A program made the position numbers and the translations under genes. A stretch of DNA of 64,000 nt, from positions 127-64,126 of the forward strand of contig JACZXB010000012.1 of assembly GCA_022571845.1 (NCBI GenBank), read 5' to 3'. This stretch comes from Candidatus Zixiibacteriota bacterium. GTDB lineage: Bacteria > Zixibacteria > MSB-5A5 > GN15 > FEB-12. Each line of letters starts with the position of its first letter. Position 1 is the stretch's first letter. The notes below the pieces were generated by a model that was not told where the DNA came from, searched no databases, and worked only from the letters and a program-made list of their open reading frames with translations. This document shows, piece after piece, positions 9,994-19,382 of the stretch.

Positions 9994-10975
9994 TAGAACT
10001 TGTTCTATTTACAGAAGCTAATAGAATATTTTCCGCAATTTGATTGGTGTTTCTTAACTCTTTTTCAAAGGGATGCCCCAGCTGCCAGCCAGTCTTACCC
10101 GTTTCGCGAAATCTTGCCAAACGTCTTATGCAAATCTCTGCAAAGATCGGGTCCAGATCAAAAGTGACGCATCTGCGGTCAAGTTTTTCGCAAGCCAATA
10201 AAGTCGTTCCAGAGTGAGCAAAAAAATCTGTGACAGTCTCGCCTGCATTCGATGAGCTTTCCACTATCCGTTCAATCGCCTTAAGCGGTTTTTGAGCGTA
10301 GCAGCCATTGACGTTTTCTTCCATACGGTAAAAGACCTGCTGAATATCTATCCAGACATTACCCGCACGGATATTGGGAGACTTGCTGCGCTCTGTGTTT
10401 TCGGTTCTTTGGCCAGCTATCTCTTTGTAGTAGCCTTTTAAAACTTTGGGGATTTCCGTATAACTAACTTTGAATTTTGGTTTTCCTATAGTGTAATAGA
10501 GTAATTCCTGCCGGGTGGCCATCCAGTTTTGCTGGGTGCCGTAACCGCGCTGATTGCGCATGGTGATAAACGATCGTGACGCGAAATCTGTTTCAGACAT
10601 CATGGTCATAAACTGCGGCAGCGGCTGGAAGTGATCGTTTTGATTCGCTCCCAGCCAGATATACAGGGCGCTGTTTTTATTTAAGACCGAGTGGCAATTT
10701 GAAATCCATTTTCGGCACCAGTCAATAAATTCAGCAACCGGCAGCTGCTTACCAAAAACAAGATTATAGGGCGGGTCCTGTATGGCCAGAATTGGTGGCG
10801 GCACTTGTGAGTGAATCTTATTTACAAAATCCAAGTCCGCTGCATCACCGCAACCGATCAGATGTTTACCTGTCGGGTCATTCCAGATATCGCCGGGCTT
10901 AAGACGGCAGTGCGGTAGTAACATTCGCCGTAACTTTTCATCTTTTTCCAGACGGTTTAAAAGATCAACTGACAC
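9986..10975 (-). CDS. stand-alone beta-class DNA methyltransferase (N6-adenine/N4-cytosine, DPPY type)
   Basis: Motif IV IQDPPYNL is N-terminal and motif I DFFAHSGTTLLACEKLDRRCVTFDLD is C-terminal. No nuclease gene adjacent. Confidence 0.85.
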   Translation of the reverse strand: MSVDLLNRLEKDEKLRRMLLPHCRLKPGDIWNDPTGKHLIGCGDAADLDFVNKIHSQVPPPILAIQDPPYNLVFGKQLPVAEFIDWCRKWISNCHSVLNKNSALYIWLGANQNDHFQPLPQFMTMMSETDFASRSFITMRNQRGYGTQQNWMATRQELLYYTIGKPKFKVSYTEIPKVLKGYYKEIAGQRTENTERSKSPNIRAGNVWIDIQQVFYRMEENVNGCYAQKPLKAIERIVESSSNAGETVTDFFAHSGTTLLACEKLDRRCVTFDLDPIFAEICIRRLARFRETGKTGWQLGHPFEKELRNTNQIAENILLASVNRTSSIS

Positions 10976-11353
10976 AAAAAAAGTTTGCTAATATTCCGGC
11001 CCGCTTCAACAAAAAGAGACAGCCGCTGCTTTTGTACCTGGTGATTATCCAGCCATTCTGATATAGCCCTGGAGTTTTTTTCCAGGCATATTATCGACTC
11101 TGCGGCTATTTACAATTTCTTCCTGAAGAGCAAAACATTAACAAATAAAATTGTTAATTTGAGTTTCTTGTTACCAGATTCTCCTCTTTCAATCTGTTGA
11201 CTTATAATAACTTACTAAAATTTGAGGTCAATTGCCGGATATCTCTTTTTAATAAGAAACCGACCACGGATAACCACCTGCAGGACAGCCCGTTACATGA
11301 AAGACACTAGCCAGTATTGAATGCCGCCGTAAATTTTTGTATAGTAGTCTATT

Positions 11354-11839
11354 ATGTCTGATGAGAAACTTTGGGCTCCCTGGAGAGCTGGCTTTATTTT
11401 GAGCAAAAAAGAGAAAGGCTGCATTTTTTGCAGACGCCTCAAAGAGAAAGATTCTGTCAAAAATTTGATAATTTATCGAGGCCAAAAGGCGCTGGTCATA
11501 TTGAACAAGTTTCCTTACAACGCCGGTCACACCATGATTGTACCGATTCGACATGTCGGGCAGATCGAAAAATTGAAGGCCGATGAAGGGGAGGAATTCT
11601 TTAAGCTGCTTAAGAAAACCGTGGCAATAATCAAAAAAGTACTCAAGCCTACTTCGATGAATCTCGGTATGAATCTGGGCAAGACTTCTGGTGCCGGCGT
11701 GCCCGGACATCTGCATATGCACATAGTCCCGCGCTGGACCGGCGATACCAACTTCATGCCGATAATAGGCAAAACCAAAGTTGTTTCGCTGCCGCTTGAG
11801 CCAATATATAAAAAGTTAAGAAAAGAATTTATGAGCTGA
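11354..11839 (+). CDS. HIT-family nucleotide hydrolase/transferase
   Basis: Histidine triad GAGVPGHLHMHIVPRW. 161 aa. Confidence 0.9.
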   Translation: MSDEKLWAPWRAGFILSKKEKGCIFCRRLKEKDSVKNLIIYRGQKALVILNKFPYNAGHTMIVPIRHVGQIEKLKADEGEEFFKLLKKTVAIIKKVLKPTSMNLGMNLGKTSGAGVPGHLHMHIVPRWTGDTNFMPIIGKTKVVSLPLEPIYKKLRKEFMS

Positions 11840-13437
11840 TGGCACCCAGGACCAAAATACCAACCAAATCTGAACTGGTTCAACTTCAGAAGTTATACAG
11901 GACTGATGAAAAGATTGGGGAGCGCCTGGGTGGTGTGCCGGCCTATCTGGTCGCTTACTGGCGGCGCAAGAAAAATGTCCCCAAGTATTCGCTGCCCAAA
12001 TTTTCCGACCGGGAGATCCTGACTTTATGGGAGCGCTACGGCGATGACGAAAAGTGCGGCATGGAACTGGGCATTTCCAAAGCTGCTTTTTACAACTGGC
12101 GCCGGCGCTATGACATAAGAGAAAAACCTGCTTTTCTTAAACTTGAACAGCTCGAACTCATTTTTCCGGGATCGAGAATATCATCTCTGTCGCATTCGTT
12201 ATACGGCGAGCAGACTATTGTACAAAAAATATTAACACGGGCTTCAGGCGAAGACAGGGTTAAAGTCGGCAGTAAGGTCAAAGTCGAGCCTGACCTAGTA
12301 GCTGTCAATATCGGAGCAGGTGAAGTAATCAGCGAATTCAGTAAAATTAGCCCGGGGTATGTCTGGAACTCCGGCAAGATTATTCTAAGTGAGGGCTATA
12401 GTCTCAAAGACAGCAGAGACAACGGACAATCGTCCGGAGAGTTTATCAGACGGCAGGGGCTAAAGACTGTTTATGACCTTCGCGAGGGCAATTATTCACA
12501 GGTGCTGCTTGAGAAGGGGCATTTGATTCCCGGACAGTTTATCCTGGGCAGCGAAAAAGGTGTCATAGCTTATGGTTGTGTTGGGGCATTTGCTATACTT
12601 GTTTCTCCCCAAGAGGCTGCCAGAACGTGGGTTGATGGTGAGATTGAGATCGAAGTTCCGGCCACAATTCAAGTCGAACTAAACGGCCGGCGCTCACGTG
12701 GAGTTTCGGCACGCGATATCGCCTCGGCGGTAGTAGCTGTTCTTGATAAGAACGTCTGCGCCGGGAAAGTCATAGAATTTAACGGACTGGCTGTCTCGCA
12801 GCTTAGCGTTAGTGAACGGTTTACTCTATGCTATATGACCCAGCTCTTTGGTGCCAGGGCTGCCATATGTCCTTATAATTCTACAGTCCGGCGATATCTG
12901 ACCGGCAGGACTGTAGCCGGATTTGCGCCAATTCAGCCCGACAAAAACGCCATTTATGAAAAAACAGTTAAACTCGATATAAGCGAAATTCGGCCGGTTA
13001 TTTATTCTCTAAAAGAAAAGATTGAACTTAAAACTGCGCAGGAACTTGAAGGACAGACTGTCAGACAGGTCGTTTTGGGCACTTGTGCTAACGGCCGTTT
13101 TGATGATTTGCGTATTGCTGCTGACGTTTTAAAAGGAAATACGGTCCACCCCGCTTGCCGGCTTTTTATCTGCCCGGCCTCCAGATCAGTATATTTGGAA
13201 GCGCTCAAGAAAGGCTTGATTCGGGTGTTTGTCGAATCGGGCGCTATGGTTATGAACCCGGGCAGCGAAATTGCCATGGTACACGACAGCTCCTTGTTCT
13301 CTGATTCTGAGACTACTCTGACAAATTCAATAGAACGGGTGCCCGGGCACAGCGTCTACTACTGTTCCCCTGCCACCGCGGCAGCATCAGCGCTGAACGC
13401 GACTATCACCGACCCGGCCAGGTTTGTGAAAAGGTAA
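11839..13437 (+). CDS. aconitase/IPM-dehydratase-fold protein with an N-terminal double HTH-like region, apparently non-catalytic
   Basis: TGATG overlap with the HIT gene. LeuC-like blocks are present (QTIVQKILTRASG, GTCANGRFDDLRIAADVL, SPATAAASALNATITDP). The DSHT, GCxxC and NRNFxGR positions are replaced. Confidence 0.75.
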   Translation: MAPRTKIPTKSELVQLQKLYRTDEKIGERLGGVPAYLVAYWRRKKNVPKYSLPKFSDREILTLWERYGDDEKCGMELGISKAAFYNWRRRYDIREKPAFLKLEQLELIFPGSRISSLSHSLYGEQTIVQKILTRASGEDRVKVGSKVKVEPDLVAVNIGAGEVISEFSKISPGYVWNSGKIILSEGYSLKDSRDNGQSSGEFIRRQGLKTVYDLREGNYSQVLLEKGHLIPGQFILGSEKGVIAYGCVGAFAILVSPQEAARTWVDGEIEIEVPATIQVELNGRRSRGVSARDIASAVVAVLDKNVCAGKVIEFNGLAVSQLSVSERFTLCYMTQLFGARAAICPYNSTVRRYLTGRTVAGFAPIQPDKNAIYEKTVKLDISEIRPVIYSLKEKIELKTAQELEGQTVRQVVLGTCANGRFDDLRIAADVLKGNTVHPACRLFICPASRSVYLEALKKGLIRVFVESGAMVMNPGSEIAMVHDSSLFSDSETTLTNSIERVPGHSVYYCSPATAAASALNATITDPARFVKR

Positions 13438-13453
13438 ACTCTTTATTCTCTTT

Positions 13454-13831
13454 TTATTCATCTGAATCATCGGGGTCATATTCCGGATAGTATTTTTCCG
13501 GCTCAAATTCAGAAACATCGTATTTTGGCTCTCTGTCCATAAAGCTGGAGAGCGGACTCAACAGAAAAAGAAGAATCAATAACAGCGGCAATAGAAACGG
13601 CGCTATTTTCAGGAAAACCGGCATATTCCGGCTCGGCTCTGCGGGCCTGGGGCTGTCGGGGAATCCTTGCATCTGCCAGCCACCCTGGCCGTCGGCAGTC
13701 CAGCAGTCGTCCGGGGCCATAAAGCCATAGGAGTCGCCGTAAACCGCTTGCAACAAAAGCGACGGCACCAAATACAGTATTATCACTCCCAAAATAAGTA
13801 ACAGCCATCTTTGCATATAAACGTTGCTCAC
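13454..13831 (-). CDS. small membrane protein, unknown function
   Basis: 125 aa with two hydrophobic helices and an acidic C-terminal tail (YDPDDSDE). Confidence 0.55.
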   Translation of the reverse strand: MSNVYMQRWLLLILGVIILYLVPSLLLQAVYGDSYGFMAPDDCWTADGQGGWQMQGFPDSPRPAEPSRNMPVFLKIAPFLLPLLLILLFLLSPLSSFMDREPKYDVSEFEPEKYYPEYDPDDSDE

Positions 13832-13980
13832 AAAATGCTACATTTAGCATTTACCATTTAAAATTATAGGTTTGCCATTTAGCATAATAAAGTCATATAT
13901 TTTATCAACTATTTATATAACAATGAAAAAGATGACATTTTGGGAATGTCGGCAGCTTAAGAGTTTATTGGACAAAATAT

Positions 13981-14541
13981 ATGAGCGAAAATAAAGATAC
14001 GGCCCCTCTTAATCCGAACTTAATCGGAAATAAAGTAAGCCTGCGTCCTGCCACACCAGACGACCTGCTGATAACCCACCGCTGGCTGACAGAAAGCGAC
14101 CCGGACACTTTCTACAACTCTGTGACGCGCATTCTCTCTCCGGCGGAGACGGCTGATATGTTCAGGCATAAGCGCAGGTCAGAAATGGATACTGTTTTGA
14201 TGGTGCTCGAAAATAAAGAACACAAACCGGTGGGAACAATGACGCTTTTAAATTACAATTCGCTGAATCGCTCAATTGAGCTGGCTCTGTTGATTGATCC
14301 TGAAAAACGGGAAAAAGGTTTCGGAAGTGACGCTGTAAAAATAATTTCCAAATACCTGTTTATGCAGCGCGGTCTCAATAAAGTTTATACTCAGCTTTCC
14401 GGTTTTAACTTATCAGGCATGAAACTATTTGAATCAATAGGATTCAAAAAAGATGCTTCGCTGCGCGACCATCACTTCTACCAGGGCGAATACCACCCCA
14501 CATTGATTTATTCGCTTCTTCGCTACGAACTGGACTGGTAA
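13981..14541 (+). CDS. GNAT-family N-acetyltransferase (RimJ/RimL-like)
   Basis: 186 aa with a GNAT-core layout (LLIDPEKREKGFGSDAVKIISKYLF). AT-rich promoter region upstream. Confidence 0.8.
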   Translation: MSENKDTAPLNPNLIGNKVSLRPATPDDLLITHRWLTESDPDTFYNSVTRILSPAETADMFRHKRRSEMDTVLMVLENKEHKPVGTMTLLNYNSLNRSIELALLIDPEKREKGFGSDAVKIISKYLFMQRGLNKVYTQLSGFNLSGMKLFESIGFKKDASLRDHHFYQGEYHPTLIYSLLRYELDW

Positions 14542-14564
14542 GAATTTCGGCCTTTATTCTAATT

Positions 14565-15470
14565 CTATTCTGATTGATTTGATTGCCCGGTTTCTTGAAC
14601 TGCCTCGGAGTTTTGCTCTGTCACATTCTCAGAATCTACAATAGTGTCTTCTTCTGACTCGCCGGTACGAAAAGATTTGACCTGATTGTTAAGTTTTTCC
14701 AGTTCCTCTCTGGCTCTTTTGGCATAGTCTGTGCCGTTTGAAGCATACAAGACTGAACGGGAAACATTTATGACTGCCAGTTTGCTGAAGTTCGCTGTGC
14801 CAAATTTTACAGCATCTTCCAGACTCCCGCCTTGAGCCCCAACTCCCGGAATCAAAAGCGGCATATCACCGGCCACTTCCCGAATTTCTTTTAGCTGTTC
14901 CATATTAGTAGCGCCGACAACCAGCCCGCATTTGCCGTCTTTGTCCCAGTATTTAACCTTTTCAGCAACCTGGCGGTAAAGCGGTTTGCCCTCTACATTC
15001 AAGTGCTGAAAATCTTTGGCGCCTCTGTTTGATGTCAGACAGAGCACGAAGACACCTTTGTCTTTGTACTCCATAAACGGCCGCAGCGAATCATAGCCCA
15101 TGTAAGGACTTAAAGTTACCCAGTCGGCGCCAAACCATTCGAACATGGCGGCTGCGTAATGCGAAGCGGTATTGCCGATATCTCCCCGTTTGCAGTCAAG
15201 GATAACAGGTATTTCGTCGGGGATTCTTTTTATAATTTGTTTTAAGAGTGATAGTCCTTCGCCGCCGTATCTTTCATAGAAGGCTATGTTTGGTTTGTAA
15301 GCACAGACTTTATCTGCGGTGGCATCGATTATCCAGTGAGCAAAATCAAACATCTTCTTGGTTGAACCGGCGTATTCAACAGGCATTTTTTTAGCGTCAA
15401 GGTCCAGTCCCAGACAGATTAAAGAATCGTTTTTGCTCTGCATTTCTTTGAGTTTATCTATGGCATTCAT
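14565..15470 (-). CDS. pyrF: orotidine 5'-phosphate decarboxylase (type 2) with an acidic C-terminal extension
   Basis: Motifs LGLDLD, ILDCKRGDIGNT, PGVGAQGG. Last gene of the pyrK-pyrD-pyrF string. About 40 extra Ser/Glu-rich residues at the C-terminus. Confidence 0.9.
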   Translation of the reverse strand: MNAIDKLKEMQSKNDSLICLGLDLDAKKMPVEYAGSTKKMFDFAHWIIDATADKVCAYKPNIAFYERYGGEGLSLLKQIIKRIPDEIPVILDCKRGDIGNTASHYAAAMFEWFGADWVTLSPYMGYDSLRPFMEYKDKGVFVLCLTSNRGAKDFQHLNVEGKPLYRQVAEKVKYWDKDGKCGLVVGATNMEQLKEIREVAGDMPLLIPGVGAQGGSLEDAVKFGTANFSKLAVINVSRSVLYASNGTDYAKRAREELEKLNNQVKSFRTGESEEDTIVDSENVTEQNSEAVQETGQSNQSE

Positions 15471-15472
15471 AA

Positions 15473-16387
15473 TTATCTTCGAACCTTCCCAATCAGTTCG
15501 GTAACTGATTTAAGTTTCTTTTCTTTCAAATATTTCTTTAGATCTTTGACGATCTTTAGAGGTGCGCTTGGGTCTACAAAAAGCGCTGTACCGACTTGAA
15601 CAGCCGTGGCGCCGTATAGCAGATACTCAATTACATCTTTGTAATCAGTTATTCCGCCGATGCCTATAATCGGAAGATTACATTTTCGGTAGACGCTTGA
15701 GACCATCGCCAGCGCAATCGGCTTAATGGCGGGGCCCGTAAGTCCGCCGTTTATGTTTGTCAAAAGCGGTTGCCAGCTATCAATATCAACGGCAGTACCG
15801 ATCACGGAGTTTATTATCGAAAGCGCGTCGGCGCCACCCTGTTCGGCTGCATTGGCTATCTCAGCGATGCTCGTTACATTTGGTGCCAGTTTGGCGATGA
15901 TGGGACGCTTGAAAACCTTTCTGGCTGCAGCTACTGTTTTTTCAGTAAGCTTGGGCGATGTTCCGAACTCAATACCGCCTTCATTTACGTTTGGGCAGCT
16001 GATATTAAGTTCAATCATGTCGGCACAGCTGCAGTCGTTAAGACGACTGCAGACTTCGACGTACTCGTCAATAGTCGAACCGGCTACGTTTACTATTACT
16101 TTGGTTTTTTGCTTCTCAAGAAACGGTACTTTTTCTTTTAAGAAGCGGTCTATGCCTACATTGGCCAGTCCGATGGCGTTGAGCAGCCCCCCGGGAGTTT
16201 CTACTGTACGTGGCGGCGGGTGTCCCGGTCTTACTTTTAAGGAGATAGACTTGGTAACCAAAGCGCCCAGATTGGAAAGCGGGTAGATTTGCGCCAGTTC
16301 TTCACCATACCCGGCACAGCCCGAGGCGGTCATGATGGGGTTGGCAAATTCTACTCCGGCTATTTTACATTTAAGATCAGCAGGCAA
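15473..16387 (-). CDS. pyrD: dihydroorotate dehydrogenase (class 1B) catalytic subunit
   Basis: Motifs NPIMTASGCAGYG, NISCPN, IGIGGI. Adjacent to pyrK. Confidence 0.93.
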   Translation of the reverse strand: MPADLKCKIAGVEFANPIMTASGCAGYGEELAQIYPLSNLGALVTKSISLKVRPGHPPPRTVETPGGLLNAIGLANVGIDRFLKEKVPFLEKQKTKVIVNVAGSTIDEYVEVCSRLNDCSCADMIELNISCPNVNEGGIEFGTSPKLTEKTVAAARKVFKRPIIAKLAPNVTSIAEIANAAEQGGADALSIINSVIGTAVDIDSWQPLLTNINGGLTGPAIKPIALAMVSSVYRKCNLPIIGIGGITDYKDVIEYLLYGATAVQVGTALFVDPSAPLKIVKDLKKYLKEKKLKSVTELIGKVRR

Positions 16388-17177
16388 TGTTTACTACTCC
16401 TATCTCAAAAACCGGCCCATCGCAGCATACTCTGGCGAAGCCGCCTGCCTTTAACGGAACTACGCAGCCGAGACAGATTCCCACACCGCATGGCATAAGT
16501 GCTTCAATCGCCAGCTGCCCCTTGATATCATATTTTAGCCCCAGCTCATCTACCGCTTTTAGCATCTTCTCAGGTCCGCAGCCGAACAATTTTATCTTTT
16601 CTTTTAAATGTTTCTTAAGATATTGTTCAACAGGTCCGATGACAAGCCCTTTGGTTCCGGCGGAACCATCGTCTGTGCTAAGATGAAGTTTTATTCCCAT
16701 TTTCTTAAGACGACTTAGTTCAACCAACTCAGCTTTAGAGCGCCCGCCGTAGAAAAACTCAATCTGTTTAGGGTTGTGTCCCTTTTCTATCATTTTTTCG
16801 GCCAAAAACATCAGCGGCGGAAACCCTACTCCACCGGCTACAATTACAGCTCTTTCCTTTTTATTAGGAAAAGAAAAAGGTACGCCCAGAGGTCCCAATA
16901 AATCAAGAGAGTTTCCTTTGCAAAGTTTCCCCAGGATTTTTGTTCCTCTGCCAAAAACTTTGAAAATAATTTCTACTTCTTCTTTAACAGGGCTGACCGA
17001 AGCTACAGAAAACGCGCGCCGGAAATAGATATCTGTAGAGGGCAACCTGATATGCACAAACTGTCCCGGTTGAATGGATTTGGCTTGAGAAAACGGAGCC
17101 AGAACGAGTGAGTAATAGTCGTTTTTGAGATCTCGTTTCTTTACAACTAACGTGTCTTCACACGTCGGTTTGGTCAT
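16377..17177 (-). CDS. pyrK: dihydroorotate dehydrogenase electron-transfer subunit
   Basis: RRAFS FAD motif and a C-terminal 2Fe-2S motif MPCGVGICLGCV...CCDGPVF. Confidence 0.9.
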   Translation of the reverse strand: MTKPTCEDTLVVKKRDLKNDYYSLVLAPFSQAKSIQPGQFVHIRLPSTDIYFRRAFSVASVSPVKEEVEIIFKVFGRGTKILGKLCKGNSLDLLGPLGVPFSFPNKKERAVIVAGGVGFPPLMFLAEKMIEKGHNPKQIEFFYGGRSKAELVELSRLKKMGIKLHLSTDDGSAGTKGLVIGPVEQYLKKHLKEKIKLFGCGPEKMLKAVDELGLKYDIKGQLAIEALMPCGVGICLGCVVPLKAGGFARVCCDGPVFEIGVVNIAC

Positions 17178-19351
17178 CGCAGATGGTCCGGCAGAATTAC
17201 TCTATATTTATAAACAAACCAATAGCCTCCGCCTTCGGCGGCTTCAATCAACTCCAAGTCTGACACAATTTTAGAAACATCAAGCTGGTCAAATTCCGAA
17301 GAAGCGACAGCTTCTTTTGCTCTTCTGTCCAGCTCAAAACTTTCTGATTTTGTCATCATTTTATAGTCTATAACTTCGCCCGAAAAATCAAGCTTGATTT
17401 GAAAATAAAGGTACCCTTCCCATACCAGATAGTATGCTTCGGTAGGATAAATAAATGGTTCGTTGACCAGTCTCGGTTCGTTTAAAAATAGCGGTAACGT
17501 ATCCCCGCTGGGGCCTTTGTAAATTGCCGCGAAGGGATCGGTATAGTCTTCCTCTTTTTCCAAGTTCTCTTGTCCGTCAATGACATCATCTATTTCTCTA
17601 CTCTTTTTTGTGTCATCTGTTGCTTCATCCTGAGCTATTATAGTCCCCCGTTGGCTGCGTATTTTCTTGCTGGCCAGCAGGGCCCAGTCTGTTCCCGGAA
17701 ACGAGTCTGCAAATTCCTGATAGGCATAATAGACAGAAGAGTCACCGGGACTTTGATATGTTTCGGCCAGCCATATTAATGAAAATGTCGCCTGCAGAAA
17801 ATATTTTGAGTCCGGGTAATTGTCAACGATGTATTGATAGTTAAAAATTGCGGAGTCTATTTCTTCACTATCAATCAGAAAATCTTCGGCTCTTCTTAAG
17901 TAGTAGCCGGCGTAACCTGTGTCAGCAGACGTACCTTTTAATCCCAGAGCTTCAATTGCTTCGGGCAGGTAATCCGAGCCGGGATATTCTATAATTACTG
18001 CCTTTAATAGTGAGTCAGACTTAACAGAGTCATCATTTAATTCCATTTCCATCCCTGCCAGCGCTATCATTGCCTTGGGGGCATTATAGGCCGAAGGGAA
18101 AGTGCTGATCAGGTATTCGATTTCTATTAGCGCTGAATCCGGTTTATCGAGTTTAAACCAGTACAGCTCTGCCAGTTCAAATTGCCGGGCTGCAGCATCA
18201 TCTATCTGAGTGTTAGTCGCGCTTGAATCGAGTTTAACCTTTTGAGTAAACTCTTCCAACTTTCCGATATCTGTGGAGCGCTGGAAAGCATCCCTTCCGG
18301 CAAAAGTTGAACGATTTGCTTTGGCGGCAGCGTCATAATACTCTTTTGCGGTAGTTAGTTCATCGTATTCAAATTGATATATTAGACCAAGGTTGTAATT
18401 TGCTTCTGCTACCTGTAGATTATTTTTTGATTCATCAGCTACTTCCTGATAAATAACTTCGGCAAGCAATAACTCACCGTCAAGTTCGTATCCCTCTGCC
18501 AATTTTAAGCGCAGTACTGACAGTGAATCATAATAAATATCATCATTGATAAGTTTGTTGAGGTAATCCATTCCATCCTGAATTCGCTGTAACCTGTAAG
18601 AACAAACTGCTGATTGATATAGAGCACGATATTTCCCTTTGTCGTCAAGATCCATGCCCAATAGCTGAAGGTAACTTCCCAAAGCGGCGCCAAAAGCAAA
18701 TTGGTTAAACTGTCCATCGGCAATAAAATTCTGTGCTCGGCGCTGTTCTAAATCGTTGCCCAGCGAATCGCGAATCGCCAGTAAATATGGCTCTGCCTTA
18801 TCATACTCTTTTGAATCAAAATAATACTGTCCCAGGGCCAGGGCCGCTTCTGATTTGAACGATTTCTTGTAGTCGCCCCGGAAGATGTCTTCAAAAATTT
18901 CTGTGGCATCACTCTCATCTTCCTGCAGCAATTTTGTTTTGGCCAGGTATAAAGTGGCATCATCATAGTATTTCGAGTCCTGGTAATTTACCATTAGCTC
19001 GCGTAATCTTCGCTCGGACTTTCCGTATTGTTTGAGGTAGTAATATGAAACTCCCAAAATAAACAGAGCGTCATCATAGTAGCCGGAGTTAGGGTGATTT
19101 TCGATGACCTTAAGCGATTTATCCACTGCTATCTGATATCTGTTGCTTTGAATGACTTCCCGTCCTTTTGACAGAGATGCCTTTCTGGCCGATTCAGCCT
19201 GGTTGAACGCCTTTCTGCCATTGTAGAAAGTATTGAAATAGACGCAGCCCAGAGACAAAATTAACAGGCAGCAGACGCTAAACAGATATGCAGCTGTTTT
19301 CCCGGGTATATTTTTATGTTCAGTCATATTGCTTGGCATTAGTTTATACAA
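17174..19351 (-). CDS. TPR-repeat lipoprotein with a TonB-C-like terminal domain
   Basis: Signal/lipobox LLILSLGC, many TPR-like repeats (A..Y..G..YY....Y..A). ATGA overlap with the pyrK start. Confidence 0.75.
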   Translation of the reverse strand: MYKLMPSNMTEHKNIPGKTAAYLFSVCCLLILSLGCVYFNTFYNGRKAFNQAESARKASLSKGREVIQSNRYQIAVDKSLKVIENHPNSGYYDDALFILGVSYYYLKQYGKSERRLRELMVNYQDSKYYDDATLYLAKTKLLQEDESDATEIFEDIFRGDYKKSFKSEAALALGQYYFDSKEYDKAEPYLLAIRDSLGNDLEQRRAQNFIADGQFNQFAFGAALGSYLQLLGMDLDDKGKYRALYQSAVCSYRLQRIQDGMDYLNKLINDDIYYDSLSVLRLKLAEGYELDGELLLAEVIYQEVADESKNNLQVAEANYNLGLIYQFEYDELTTAKEYYDAAAKANRSTFAGRDAFQRSTDIGKLEEFTQKVKLDSSATNTQIDDAAARQFELAELYWFKLDKPDSALIEIEYLISTFPSAYNAPKAMIALAGMEMELNDDSVKSDSLLKAVIIEYPGSDYLPEAIEALGLKGTSADTGYAGYYLRRAEDFLIDSEEIDSAIFNYQYIVDNYPDSKYFLQATFSLIWLAETYQSPGDSSVYYAYQEFADSFPGTDWALLASKKIRSQRGTIIAQDEATDDTKKSREIDDVIDGQENLEKEEDYTDPFAAIYKGPSGDTLPLFLNEPRLVNEPFIYPTEAYYLVWEGYLYFQIKLDFSGEVIDYKMMTKSESFELDRRAKEAVASSEFDQLDVSKIVSDLELIEAAEGGGYWFVYKYRVILPDHLR

Positions 19352-19382
19352 TATTGGTATTGACTTGCTTCATCAATAAATA

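Noticed and set aside
10976-11353. 378-bp spacer between the MTase and HIT genes as an ncRNA or riboswitch
   Set aside because: I found only short hairpins (cctgga-N7-tccagg; attaacaa-N6-ttgttaat) and a weak TTGACT/TAAAAT pair with wrong spacing. I recognised no conserved riboswitch core.
11249-11722. 157-aa minus-strand ORF overlapping the HIT gene
   Set aside because: The HIT reading frame carries the histidine triad and a proper start. The antisense ORF has no recognisable features.
15726-16286. Long antisense ORFs inside well-supported genes (15726..16286, 15770..16141, 19615..20157, 20891..21430, 24245..24724, 24803..25366, 27162..27608, 38317..38778, 49213..49770, 49080..49601, 57605..58012)
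   Set aside because: Each lies wholly within, and opposite to, a gene with clear family motifs (pyrD, cobB, rsgA, secA, ompA, ALS and others). They have no motifs or RBS and show low-complexity composition. They are shadow ORFs.
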